Assembly (NCBI RefSeq): GCF_028641065.1
Contig: NC_073393.1
Coordinates: forward strand, 15,996,001-16,060,000
DNA length: 64,000 bases
Direction: 5' to 3'
From: Leucoraja erinacea
Lineage: Eukaryota
The notes under the pieces were generated by a model. That model was not told the DNA's origin. It searched no databases and saw only the letters and a list, made by a program, of their open reading frames with translations. Position 1 is the stretch's first letter, and each line of letters starts with the position of its first letter. Below, piece by piece: positions 40,600 through 51,789 of the stretch. Both the position numbers and the translations under genes were made by a program.

Positions 40600-43296
40600 T
40601 CTATCTGTGACACCACTTTCAAGGAATTCTCCCAATTTTGCTAGCCCTTCCTGTCTCCTCCCCTTCCTTAACCCTCAAGTTGTCTCCTCCCATCCCCCCC
40701 CCTGCCCTCTGGCTCCTCCTCCTCCCTTTTTCCTTCCTTCTCTGCCCCCCCCCACCCCCCATCAGTCGGCCCGAAACGTCGCCTATTTCCTTCGCTCCAC
40801 AGATGCTGCTGCACCCGCTAAGTTTCTCCAGCAATTTTGAGTACCTACAATATTAGATCCCTTTGCTCCACAACACTTCCCAGGACCCTGCCTTTCACTG
40901 TGTGGGTCTTTTCCTGGTTTGATTTCCCAAAATGCAACACCTTGTGCTTATCTGCATTTAACATTAACAATTTCTCAGCCCATTTCCCCAACTGATCAAA
41001 TATCTGCGTTATCTACGATACCACCCACTTTAGTGTCACCTGCAAACTTATTAACCATGCCTTGTACATTCTCATTCAAATCATTGATACAAACCACAAA
41101 TAGCAATGGGCCCAGCACTGATCCCTGGGGCATAACACTAGTCACGGGCCTCCAGTCAGACAAACAACCTTTCGCCATCACCTCTGCTTCCTTCCATGAA
41201 GCCAATTCTTTCCAGTACTCCCTGGATCCTATGCAATCTAATGTTTCTCTCCAGTAATTTGCCTACCACAGATATTTGGCTCGCTGATCTATAGTTCCTA
41301 ACATTTTCTTTGCAATGACATTCAGTACCTCCTCAACCATGAGGAAGAAGGGTCTGAAGAAGTGTCTCGACCCCGAAACGGCACCCATTCCTTTTCTCCA
41401 GAGATGATGCCTGTCCCGCTGAATTACTCCAGCTTTTTGTGTGTGCTCCTCAAACATAATACATACTGTCTTCGAGATTTCTATTACTGTTCCAAGTTCC
41501 TCAGTCTCCAGCAAGGAATAGAAACATAGAAACATAGAAATTAGGTGCAGGAGTAGGCCATTCGGCCCTTCGAGCCTGCACCGCCATTCAATATGATCAT
41601 GGCTGATCATCCAACTCATTATCCCGTACCTGCCTTCTCTCCATACCCCCTGATCCCCTTAGCCACAAGGGCCACATCTAACTCCCTCTTAAATATAGCC
41701 AATGAACTGGCCTCAACTACCCTCTGTGGCAGAGAGTTCCAGAGATTCAACACTCTCTGCGTGAAAAAAGTTCTTCTCATCTCGGTTTTAAAGAATGTCT
41801 GGAGGCCTGTGAGTAAGGGTGTGCCTCGGGGATTGGTGTTGGATTCATTGCCGTTTGTGTTGCATGTCAATGATTAGGGCCAGAATATAGAAGATTTTTT
41901 TGGTAAGCTTGCAGATGACATTAAGTCGGTGGTAAAGTAGATAATGAAGATGGTCATCAAATATTACAGCAGGATCTTGATCAGTTAGGCATGTGCAGAT
42001 AAGTGTAAGGTATTGCATGTCGGGAAATAAGTCCAAACATTTTCTGCAGCTCAGACCTGTTTAATGATGATTTGTTTACCTCAGCCCAGATGCTATTTCT
42101 TCTCTAACTTCCCACAGTGTCCTCTGATATATCTGATCAGGTCTGGTAGATTATTCTACATTCATACACCTCAGGACATGCAGCACCTCCTCGATCGTAA
42201 TGTGGGCTGTCAAGACATTTTCATTAACTGTCCCAAGTTCCCAGTCTTCATGTCTGCCTCCATGTTAAAAACAGAGGAGAAATACTCGTTGAGTACCTTG
42301 CCCATCTCCTGCCGCTCCACGCAGAGATGACCACTTTGGTTTCTGTGGGGCCCTATACTCTCTAGTTAGCTTCTTTTGCCTAATATTTTATAAAATCTGG
42401 ATTTACCTTAATATTATTTGCAAGCGTTTCCTCTTGACCACCTGTTGGCCTCCTGATTTCCTTTCCAAGTATGTTCCTGAATGTTCCTTTGCCCACAAAC
42501 AACCTACTTGAATTAAATTTAGCAAATTCCTGTCTAACACCTTAAAAGTTGGCCTTGCCCAAATTCAGAATTTGAACTCATGGGTCCATCCATGAGTCTT
42601 TATCCATAACTATTTTAAAGTTAATAGAACAGTGAGCACTGGTCCCAAAAGGGTAATCTATGAACACATCAGTCACTTCCCTTTCCAATTTCCTTTGGGT
42701 AGATCAAGCTTTGCCCTCTCCTATGTAAGGCCCCTCTACATATTGTCTAAGGTAGCTTTCCTGACCATATTTGACAATTTCCATTCCGTCTAAACTCTAG
42801 GTGTTATGACAATCACAGTCTATATTGAGAATATGAAAATCCCAGATTTGACAACATTAGTCTTGAAGATGCCTGCAATCTCCTGGCATATTTGCTCTTC
42901 TAAATTCCTGTTGATTATTTGGAGGTCTAAAAAACGCTCCCAACAACAATTTCATATTTCCACCCATATAACCTCACTGAACGACGATCAGTAATGTCAT
43001 CTCGGACTACTGCCATTAAGTTCTCCTTAAATAAAGCAACACTACTTCCTCTAACTGCTACCTCTCTCTCCTATAACATCTGTATCCTGTCCCTTTCTTA
43101 GCCAGGTTTCTGTAATGGCTACAATGTCCCGTAGTGACACGCACTGTCACTACACATTACCTATAGACCACTCGCATTAAAATAAATACAATTCAATCCA
43201 ATAGTCTTTCCTCACTCCTTGCCATGCTCCTGCCTATTCTCTCCTCTAAACATTCTCTCAGCATCTGTTTCTCACCTGCCTCAGTCCTGTATTGGA

Positions 43297-43300
<4 letters not shown>
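40600..43300 (-). mobile_element. Decayed CR1 with nested Penelope and CR1 fragments
   Basis: WRPVTSVMPQGSVLGPLLF...KFAGDTKVGG; CR1 tail 41519-41790; hammerhead remnants near 40770 and 41354. Confidence 0.8.

Positions 43301-43341
<41 letters not shown>
43298..43341 (+). repeat. C44 homopolymer followed by a 19-bp tandem duplication
   Basis: Read directly; taacttaaatccacccatg occurs twice. Confidence 0.85.
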
Positions 43342-43344
<3 letters not shown>

Positions 43345-43397
43345 CTTAAATCCACCCATGTAACTTAAATCCACCCATGTAATATTAGCAAAACCTG

Positions 43398-43850
43398 AGA
43401 CAGACACAAAATGCTGCAGTATCTCAGTGGGACAGGCAGCATTTTAGCAGAAAACGGATAGGTGCCGTTTCGGTCCAGGACCCTTCTTCAGACTGATTGT
43501 AGAGAGGGGGGTCTGGAAGCAAAAAAAGACCAGGACAGATCAATGCCAGCAACAGAAAACCCAAGACTAGGTGTTCCTGGATAGGACAATTGTTGTCCCG
43601 GGGTGGTGCGATCCCACGAGGGATACGTAATTGTGAACTGGTTACCTGACATTTAGCTGAGGATCGGGATTGGGGAGGGAGAAGGGGCAGAAAAGTGATG
43701 GGAGGTGAGTATGTAGAAGTTAGCAAAAAATTGTATAATTTAATGTTCATACCACTACCCAAGGGTGAAGCTACCCAAGTGAATTATGAGGAGCTGTTCC
43801 ACCAATTTGCATGTGGTCTTACTCTATCAATGGAGGAGGCCCAGGACCGA
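43398..43850 (-). mobile_element. Penelope-like 3' fragment with degenerate hammerhead
   Basis: SVLGLLH...GMNIKLYNF remnants; cccttcttcagactg at about 43481-43495. Confidence 0.7.
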
Positions 43851-44340
43851 ACCTGCCTCGGGAACTGCTTCGATATTGGTTCCAAACAGTTCAGGTGCAA
43901 CCATCCCTATTGTACAGGTCACCTCTGCCTCAGAAGTGATCCACTGCACCAAGAAACTTGAATCCAAAAATCTAATTTGTAAGTCGTGTTTGAGAACAAT
44001 CACGTTGAAAACCAGGCCTAGAAATGGAAAGGTGTCCGTGGTGACAAATTGTGAAAGCAATCCATCAACGGGGGAGTCGCACCCATGCTGTTTGTACACT
44101 TGCACAGGGTGTCAATTCTAAATATAAACAAAGATACAAGGCTATACCTTTGACTTAAAGAAAGTGAGAGGAGTCAAGAATAGTTGTTAAAGCTGAAGAC
44201 ATGTTCTGCCAGATGGAGGAAAGTGTTAGTTGAGGGGAACTGATTGGATCTCCATAAAAAGATTGGGAATGCCCCGAGACCTTCCTGGTGGGGAATGGAG
44301 ATAGGTATAAGGGATATGGTGTAGATTGGGCAATGGGGGT

Positions 44341-44990
44341 TGTAGATTGACTATTGGATGTTAGCCAATCAGAATGCTTAGTAATAATAACTCTGCCTAG
44401 TGCATGCTTTATGGTGTAAGAACTCGCTTACTGTATTCAGTAGTTGCAGCAGAATGAAGGTATAACGTACTGCATATGTGATACTGGAATGGATATTAAA
44501 GATGCTTATACCTTTACCTGAGTGCGAGTCGGGTAATTACATGGTTATTGGGTCTAACCCACTACGTTCGTTTACCGCTGTTTATTTTCTTTATCAGTTT
44601 TATTTTGTGATTTTTCAACGTTATGGCCAACTCCTGTCGAAAACCGAGTCCCATTGTGTTTTACTGACATAGATGAACGATGGCGCATGTTTGAACGTGA
44701 TTATGCTCACTACATGACCCCGATGATCTGAAGGCATCGCTACTGCTCAATCTAGCGGGTCCAGAATGCTTCGTGCAGCCAACTTCGAGTTTTCCCCAAC
44801 GATAATGGCCAGGTCATTGTGTCAGCAGAATCTATCGACAATCCAACCGTCCTACTCAGAAAATTTTAGAGTTATGTTACCTGCCCCCGAATCGCATCCT
44901 TGAGAGAACAAGGTTTTTTGCCCGACAGCAGCAGATCGATGAACATGACAAACGCTTCATCAGTGACTTAAGGTTAATGATTTGGAGTGC
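44341..44990 (+). mobile_element. Truncated Gypsy element (5' LTR, PBS, gag fragment) downstream of the first cytoplasmic exon of the IgSF gene
   Basis: TGTAGATTG...ATTAAAGATG...TTACA LTR (44341-44541) resembling the element B LTR, then TGG; gag-like DERWRMFERDY, KASLLLNLAG, ERTRFFARQQ. Confidence 0.7.
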
Positions 44991-45151
44991 ATTCTTTGAA
45001 ATTGAAAATAATATTGGTAATTACTCGAAAATGCAAGGTTGATATAAACAGGACAGCTTCCACTGTGCCACAATAATTCTAGATTTTACTCAATGAAATT
45101 AAAATCTTTGCTAAAGAACATTTTTGAAAAAAAAATGGCAATACACCCTAC

Positions 45152-45195
45152 CGTTTCTGCACTTCGACTTGATTCCATCGAATTTTTATTAACAT
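45152..45195 (-). CDS. VJ-C1 IgSF receptor, first cytoplasmic exon
   Basis: gtcttgttttctttag|; DVNKNSMESSRSAET; ACG|GTAGGG; phase 1 in, phase 0 out. Confidence 0.6.
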
Positions 45196-45817
45196 CTAAA
45201 GAAAACAAGACAACAAAATGAATATTGTGTCTTTGAAGAAAATCAAATGTATTGGCTAAAGTAAGAACTCCTGATGGCGCCGTTATATTTGAAACCGTTT
45301 AGCAATAGCGGTTTTTGCAATCTTGTGTTAGTGTATTAACTTCGCATAGTCTGTAATATGTAATCGAACATGACTTTGAATTAAATTATCAAATGGTAAT
45401 AGCGTGTCAGCAGCCGTGTCACATTCCAAAATTACAATGAAAATAAAAAGTGTGGCAAGTTAGAGCAGGTTGCTCACAAACAAAGTCAAGATCCATATCA
45501 AATTCCTTAAGATTCAATAGTTTTAAAGAATAAAATGTAATGTATGAACAATTCCTCTTAGATGTGAAATAAAGACGCAGTCGATGAGCGAATAATTCGA
45601 ATTTTGAAAAAAAAAAAATGTTCCAGCACATTTCAATAGTTAACTGTCATAATGATTTTGTTATGTGAATGATCACCTAATGATGACCTAATGATCACCT
45701 AATGATGACCTACAATGTTTCTTCTTCTGCACTCGACATTTATTAATTCAATGTTCCTGTTTTCTGAAATACTGTTATGATATTAAAGCAATTGGCAAAA
45801 ATAAATAACGGTCTTAC

Positions 45818-45916
45818 CATTTGTTGCCTTTATTCTGAGTACTATCAAAATTATAATCGGGATTAAAATTGCCAATACGCCCACTACACATCCGAGAATC
45901 AGTGCGAGATTAGAGT
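45818..45916 (-). CDS. VJ-C1 IgSF receptor, transmembrane exon
   Basis: cttctcctgcag|; DSNLALILGCVVGVLAILIPIIILIVLRIKATN; G|GTAAGA; 99 nt, phase 1-1; hydrophobic run followed by basic RIK. Confidence 0.88.
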
Positions 45917-46184
45917 CTGCAGGAGAAGCAGATACATTTAAAACTGTAAAACAGATAAACTAAGAAACTGGTGAGAAATTAGGAGTCAGGAAGGCAGAGC
46001 ACTCCGAATGTGTCTTTTTAATCCTTGGTGTACAAGCATTCCAATATATACCGAATGGAACGAATTGCATTATTTGCAAGTTAGCGAATAAATATATATC
46101 GTCTGCTTTGATCTGTCATTTTCAGATCTGACATCTCTTTGTAACCTTCCATATCTCTAGTTTCCCTTTCCACTGACTCTCAGT

Positions 46185-46212
46185 CTGAAGAGGTGTCTTG
46201 ACACGAAACGTC
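46185..46212 (+). ncRNA. Minimal type I hammerhead ribozyme core
   Basis: CUGAAGA-G-GUGU(CUUG)ACAC-GAAAC-GUC; compensatory stem II change relative to other copies. Confidence 0.7.
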
Positions 46213-46849
46213 ACCCATTCCTTCTCTTCGATGATGCTGCTTGACCCGCTGTTACACCAGCATTTCATGTCCATTTTCGGTGTAAACCATCATTTGCAGT
46301 TCCTTCCAACACAGATGTATGGTAAACACGTAAACCGTGTCACAGAATGATCCAGTGAGCTTCTCTCTCTGCATGAAAGTTACTTATGAAGTATAAAGTG
46401 AGACTTGCTTTTATCTTAGCAGATTCCATATTTTAGGACTGGCATATAGCACCTGATTCTACAGCTTTTAAGGTGTAACAAAAGCAATTTACATTTCCGT
46501 GCGGGATTGCAAGCCTTTAACGTGTTAAAATATTTCAAGAAACAGGCAGGCCTTCCAACAAGATTTGCCTCCAAATCGCAGATTATGAGAAATTAGGAGA
46601 GTCAAAGCACGAAAACCGGTCATTCCACCAAACTCACCCATGCCGAGCACGTTGCCCAACCGAGGTAGTCCCAGCTGCCTGTCGTAGGAACTCAACAGGC
46701 TTAGTTGCATTGCTGGAGGGAAATTACGTTTCGAGTAGTGACCCTTCTTTAGATATCCTCCGCAGAAGCTACCTGAAATGCTAAGTATCTCCAGAACTTT
46801 GCAGATGCTGGAAACATTTAAAAAGCAATCTCCTTTACCTCCTACTTAC

Positions 46850-46870
46850 CTGCTCCTGGCACATATGATA
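46850..46870 (-). CDS. VJ-C1 IgSF receptor, putative 21-nt hinge microexon (VSYVPGA)
   Basis: Consensus donor CAG|GTAAGT; pyrimidine-rich ttctaccatttctaccAAG acceptor; phase 1-1, in frame. Confidence 0.55.
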
Positions 46871-47889
46871 CTTGGTAGAAATGGTAGAACATTTAAGGGG
46901 CGGTTATAAGCCAGAAGGGCATTGAGGGGCATAGTGTGGGTAGTTGGTGGCATCATGGACAGGAAACGGATGAGAATAATTACATTTGAATACAACTAGA
47001 CGAATATAGTGACATTTCATGTTGGTAAACTTATAAGGACTAGAGAATAAGGTCAGATGACCTCTCCGGGTGCAAGATTGTGGTCGTTCCTCGATTATAA
47101 TCCAATTCTTGCCCATTGTTCATACCTTTTAATTTTAAAACACAAATGATCTGGGTAAAACTGACAAGGCCAGCACATACAGTTTTCCCAATTCATACTT
47201 GTCCTTCACAATGTGGCAGTGATCAGCCTTTGTGAATCACTGCAGTCCTCTCGAATATAATTCCAGTATTATTGGGTAGGGAGTTCCAGGATCAAATCCA
47301 AGCGACGATACGGCCGATTTATTTACAAGTCATGATGGTGTGTGACTCGGAAGGGAATTTGCAGGAGATGGCGCGTTCCTATGCACCTGTTGCCCTTGAT
47401 CATCATTTTCAAAAACTATTGATCTCAGCTCTGAAATACAACATTATGAATCTGTGATGTTCCGAGGTACGGAATTACAAAGATTCACGTATCTCTGGGA
47501 AGTGAAATTTATCGCCTCAATACAAACGTTAAAAGCCGACTTCCTGTCTTAAAGAAAATATGTCTTGTTCAGAGCAATCTCCTTCCCCATTCGCCATATT
47601 ATGTCACTTTGTAGTCGAGAGTTGAATGTTTGCTTGCTACACCACTGTCAAGTGCCTGAAAGTTTGCTGTTTCACACGCACGATATACATTAAACGTATT
47701 AATTAATCGTCGCAGTTCTAATTGAGAAAATATAGCGCTAAATGATGCATTAGGTTGCTTGCACATCGATATTCTACTGTGAATAAATAGGTTAACATTT
47801 ACTACTCCACGTACAGTATTCGGCCAGATATAATTTCTAAATCGGATCGGAGGTCTCCCTCTGTTCCCAGTTCTGTTTGCCAGTCTTAC

Positions 47890-48180
47890 CTGGCTTGACG
47901 GTGTAGTCGACTCTGGCGGGGACCGCAAGGGAGACATGTGACACTAGGCAGGTGTAAATATCAACGCGCCTGGTAGGCTTTGTTACTTCGAGAAAACTGG
48001 AAGCCACATACAACCCCCCCACGCTACTGGTGTTCACAGGTTCTTCCCCGGTGGAAATTGTTACACCATTTCTTTGCCAGGATATTTTGACTTCCTTCGG
48101 GGAAAAGGCAGCCGTTTGACACACAAGTTTTGGCGGCGAACTGCCATTAACTTGGCTAATGCTCAGGGGAGTTGGCGGAG
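47890..48180 (-). CDS. VJ-C1 IgSF receptor, C1-set exon
   Basis: ttctgttacag|; APPTPLSI...KLVCQTAAFSPKEVKISWQRNG...LYVASSFLEV...YTCLVSHVSL...YTVKP; G|GTAAGA; 291 nt, phase 1-1. Confidence 0.93.
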
Positions 48181-49667
48181 CTGTAACAGAAGGAAAACAA
48201 GTTATGTTGGATGTCTTCTTTCCATGTCAATGAATACTCTGTCGTACGGCTTGTGAAGACATTGCAGTATCATGACCACATGGGTTATCGGTACGTTCAC
48301 TTTTAAACTCGTGGATTTGTCACTGATTTATAGTTCGTCTTACCATGGACAGTAAAATACATTCAAGGAACACATAGGAATGTGATTTTCGATTTAAGTA
48401 ATATGCGGAGAACGTCCCATTGTTCTGAATGGAAGTGCCAGATTTAGCGCGCCGAAGAAGCTGACAGCAATATTTAGTAATTACGCCAGCAATGACTGTG
48501 TTTTACATGTTTGTTGCAAAGAATGATACATGCCCGGTGTCGCCTTCACGCTGACTATTAAACTCCTATTAATTTATCCAATTTTCCTGTCGCATCCATA
48601 TCAACTGTCCTCATTCTTCCCCACCACAATCAATTATCAAGGGATAATTTACCGCTGGCTACCCTACCAACCAGCGAAAAGTTGGCAATGGGTAAGTTAG
48701 CGTAGCAACGGAAGAAAAACCACGAATTTGCGAGGAGATTGTTAAACTGCACACAGACTAACGAATCCTAACGAATCCAGCCCTGTATATATTCACATCT
48801 CGCCAATGCATATGGTCGAGGGGCAGGGTTTGGCTACATCTATCGATCTGAGGTTTGGCCCCATAATAGTTCAAGATACAAGATACAAGGTACAAGGTAC
48901 AATTGTCACATGTGCCAGACTGGGGTTGAGAGTCAGATGAAGTAACTTTCACAAGGAAAACCTTTTCCAGGCCGCGATATACGGTATGATTGAGTTATAC
49001 TGACAATTGGTTGATAATAACAAATAAAGGCGATAGAACGTGAAAGCGACTTCCAATGTGGCAACACATTTTATCTATATCTATGACCTTTTCTAAATTT
49101 GCTCGATATATTGAACGCTCGATTACTTACATGTAAGTAAGGTTCTATTGAACCGAACTCCATATTTGTCATTTACGAACACTGATCTTTCTCAGTTAAA
49201 TCTAGTCAGTGTTTAGCTGGAAGGACAGGTGTATTGTGAGCCCAGTACAAGCAATCTGTTGAACATCTAACTTTTAAATCTTCTTACATTCCATTTTTGT
49301 ACTAACAAGTTATTGAATCAGGATCATTATTGCCTTCGGAAGAGAGTTATGTGTTTATTCTCAACCTCAGCGAGTGCACTACCAGCTAAAACTCAGTTTC
49401 TCCATGGCACAAAAACAGATTATTTTATGTGGAATAAATATTTGTTGCTAAGTTCAGTGACAGCGCCGTTTTACTTGTAGGCATTTCAACCGAGGGTCGT
49501 GTAAATGGAAACCACGATTTGCAAGGACAGGAGCACTGGTGTTTCCTCAAAAGACAATTACATTCTGTTCGTGCTTTACAGATATTTGGCGGTTAAATAA
49601 AAATGCTCGAATACACAAAAATGTAACTCAGCGGGACAGGCAGCATCTCTAGAAAGAAGAATTGGGT

Positions 49668-49695
49668 GACGTTTCGGGTCGAGACCCTTCTTCAG
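49668..49695 (-). ncRNA. Minimal type I hammerhead ribozyme core, sense to the IgSF pre-mRNA (V-C1 intron)
   Basis: CUGAAGA-A-GGGU(CUCG)ACCC-GAAAC-GUC. Confidence 0.7.
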
Positions 49696-50414
49696 TCTGG
49701 AGATGCTGCCTGTCCCGCCGAGTAACTCCAGCGTTTTTTGTCTATCTTTATTACATCCAAATCATGAGAGCTCCCTTTATTCACACGTTTCCTGACTTTA
49801 AGGATAAAACTAATAGATTTCTGAAAATTAGTTATAACAAATACTGGGTAGACAATTTGTAGCGGTTGCGTCAAAAAGGGCAAGATTGTGTGTGGACTGT
49901 GGGTGGACACAGTTCTGGGGAGGTTGTAGCCACAGTTGGCCTGGAATGGTGACTTTTCATTATACATAAGAGCAGACCCAGACTCAATGTGTTAAAATGA
50001 TTCCCGTGAGGAAAAAGCCGCCATACTTCCCACAGTCCAGATTAAATATCCAAGTGGCTTGAGCATCTTCACTGAAAAACAATGTGGTCACTGAGCACCG
50101 TGGGAATGATGAAGAGTGAATCTGAATCGTGGGCGATAGCAGCGCGACTCTACAGAAGGACAAAGGAAAAGGCCCCCTGGAAGCACGAAAAACGAGAACA
50201 ACCCTGCCTCGCCACACACATGCTGCCCGATCAGCTAATTATTTCCAGACATTTCAGATTTCAAGTCGGCGGAGTGGTTTGATTTCATAACATAAAATAC
50301 AGTTATTAGTAATCATCCAGTTTTAACCCAGCGATAAAATGTGATGTTATTCACATTAGAGAGCATAATTTATACTATAGAGAGCTTACGTTCTCTCCGT
50401 CATGGGATACTTAC

Positions 50415-50720
50415 CAATTACAGTCAGCCTGGAGCCAGCTCCATCTCCGATAGATTGCTGCTGATGTTTCACTTTACAATAATAAACCCCGGAGTCCGCT
50501 ACATTTGCATTCAGGAGAACAAAATCCCCACTGCCCTTTTTGGTAGAAATTATTTTTCTGCTGTCTGGTTCTATAAATGTCTTCTCTCCCCATCTCCACC
50601 AAGAAACATCAAGAGTAACTTGTTGTATTGAGAATGTGCAGAACATGGACGCATTGCCTCCTCTGTGGACTGTCAGCTCTTTCGGGAATTGGTCCACTTT
50701 GGTCGAAGTTACTTCGTTGG
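50415..50720 (-). CDS. VJ-C1 IgSF receptor, V-set exon with germline-encoded J motif
   Basis: ctggcag| acceptor; ...KVDQFPKELTVHRGGNASMFC...VSWWRWG...DSGVYYCKVKHQQQSIGDGAGSRLTVI; G|GTAAGT; 306 nt, phase 1-1. Confidence 0.93.
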
Positions 50721-50926
50721 CTGCCAGAAATTAAGGAAAAACACTGAAAACAGTTGCACAAACTGGACAAGGAAAATGAATCAAGAGTTGAAAATTACAA
50801 CAGTAAATTAGAATTAGCGACAAGCGAGCTGGAGAAGCACTGTAACTAAATTCACAGTGGGCAACTAAATGGAGTATTCTAAAACAGAATTGAATATGAT
50901 GGACCGGCACATATATCTAAAAGTAC

Positions 50927-50981
50927 CTTGCCAAACTGTCACCAGAAGGGCCATGTACCGAAATGATGCTTCCACTGTCAT
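50927..50981 (-). CDS. VJ-C1 IgSF receptor, leader exon
   Basis: aatATG; MTVEASFRYMALLVTVWQ; phase-1 donor CAAG|GTACTT; 206-nt intron to the V exon. Confidence 0.7.
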
Positions 50982-51789
50982 ATTATAAGAAAGTTGTTGG
51001 CCGCTTGTGAGCAAATGAGAGAAGTTTCCTAAAAGATCCTTGCAAGAAAGAGTTGCTGGTGAATAAATATTTTCCGCTTGTGACCATGACATAGGATGTC
51101 ACATGACGGTAAAGTGGGTTTCACATTTGGTTCGGTGTTGGTGGAGTGCTAGTGTGAGCGAGGGTCCGCCCCCACTGCCAAGTGAACAGTTTCTATCGGG
51201 GTACAATTCTCTCTCAGACTTCCCTGGATCCATGTTCAAATGATTGACTGACCATTCAGAAGAGAATCGCAGATTTTCCTCATTCGACGCAAGGGACTTA
51301 CAATCTAATATGAACTTTAAAAAAAAATTACCGGGGGAAGGAAGGAGAATGCGGTTGAGAGCGAAGGGTTAATCAGTCACGATAGAATGGCGGAGAAGAC
51401 TCGATGGGCTGAATGGTCTAATTCTGCTTTGATTTATGAGCTTATGAATTTATTTCGTCACCGCACTTCGGGTTTGATGTCTTTCTAATCTCTCTTATGT
51501 TCCATGTCCCAGGGCTTGAAGCCCATTGGAAAAACAACAGGAGTAACTAACCCAGATATTTCTTTCTTTATTTCTTTTGCTTCAACCCAGCCTGATTTTA
51601 ATTGGAATATAAAGCAAGGAAGGATGAACTGAAATGGACGATTAGAAGGACCAAAAGTTGCCACGAGGTGCTTGAAGAAGGGTCCCGAAACGTCACCCAT
51701 TCCTTGTCTCCAGAGATGCTGCCTGTCCCGCGGAGTGACTCCAGTATAAAAGGTGCCACAAAATGGTTTTGGGGAGTCGGATTACATAC

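Noticed and set aside
43827-44121. Overlapping ORFs of 92-111 aa as IgSF exons
   Set aside because: Not phase-compatible with the 45152 donor for a long frame; the distal part is Penelope-derived.
49370-50870. RSS-like pieces (CACAGTG at 50853; ACAAAAACA at 49409) near the V exon
   Set aside because: No heptamer-nonamer pair with a 12- or 23-nt spacer, and not adjacent to coding ends.
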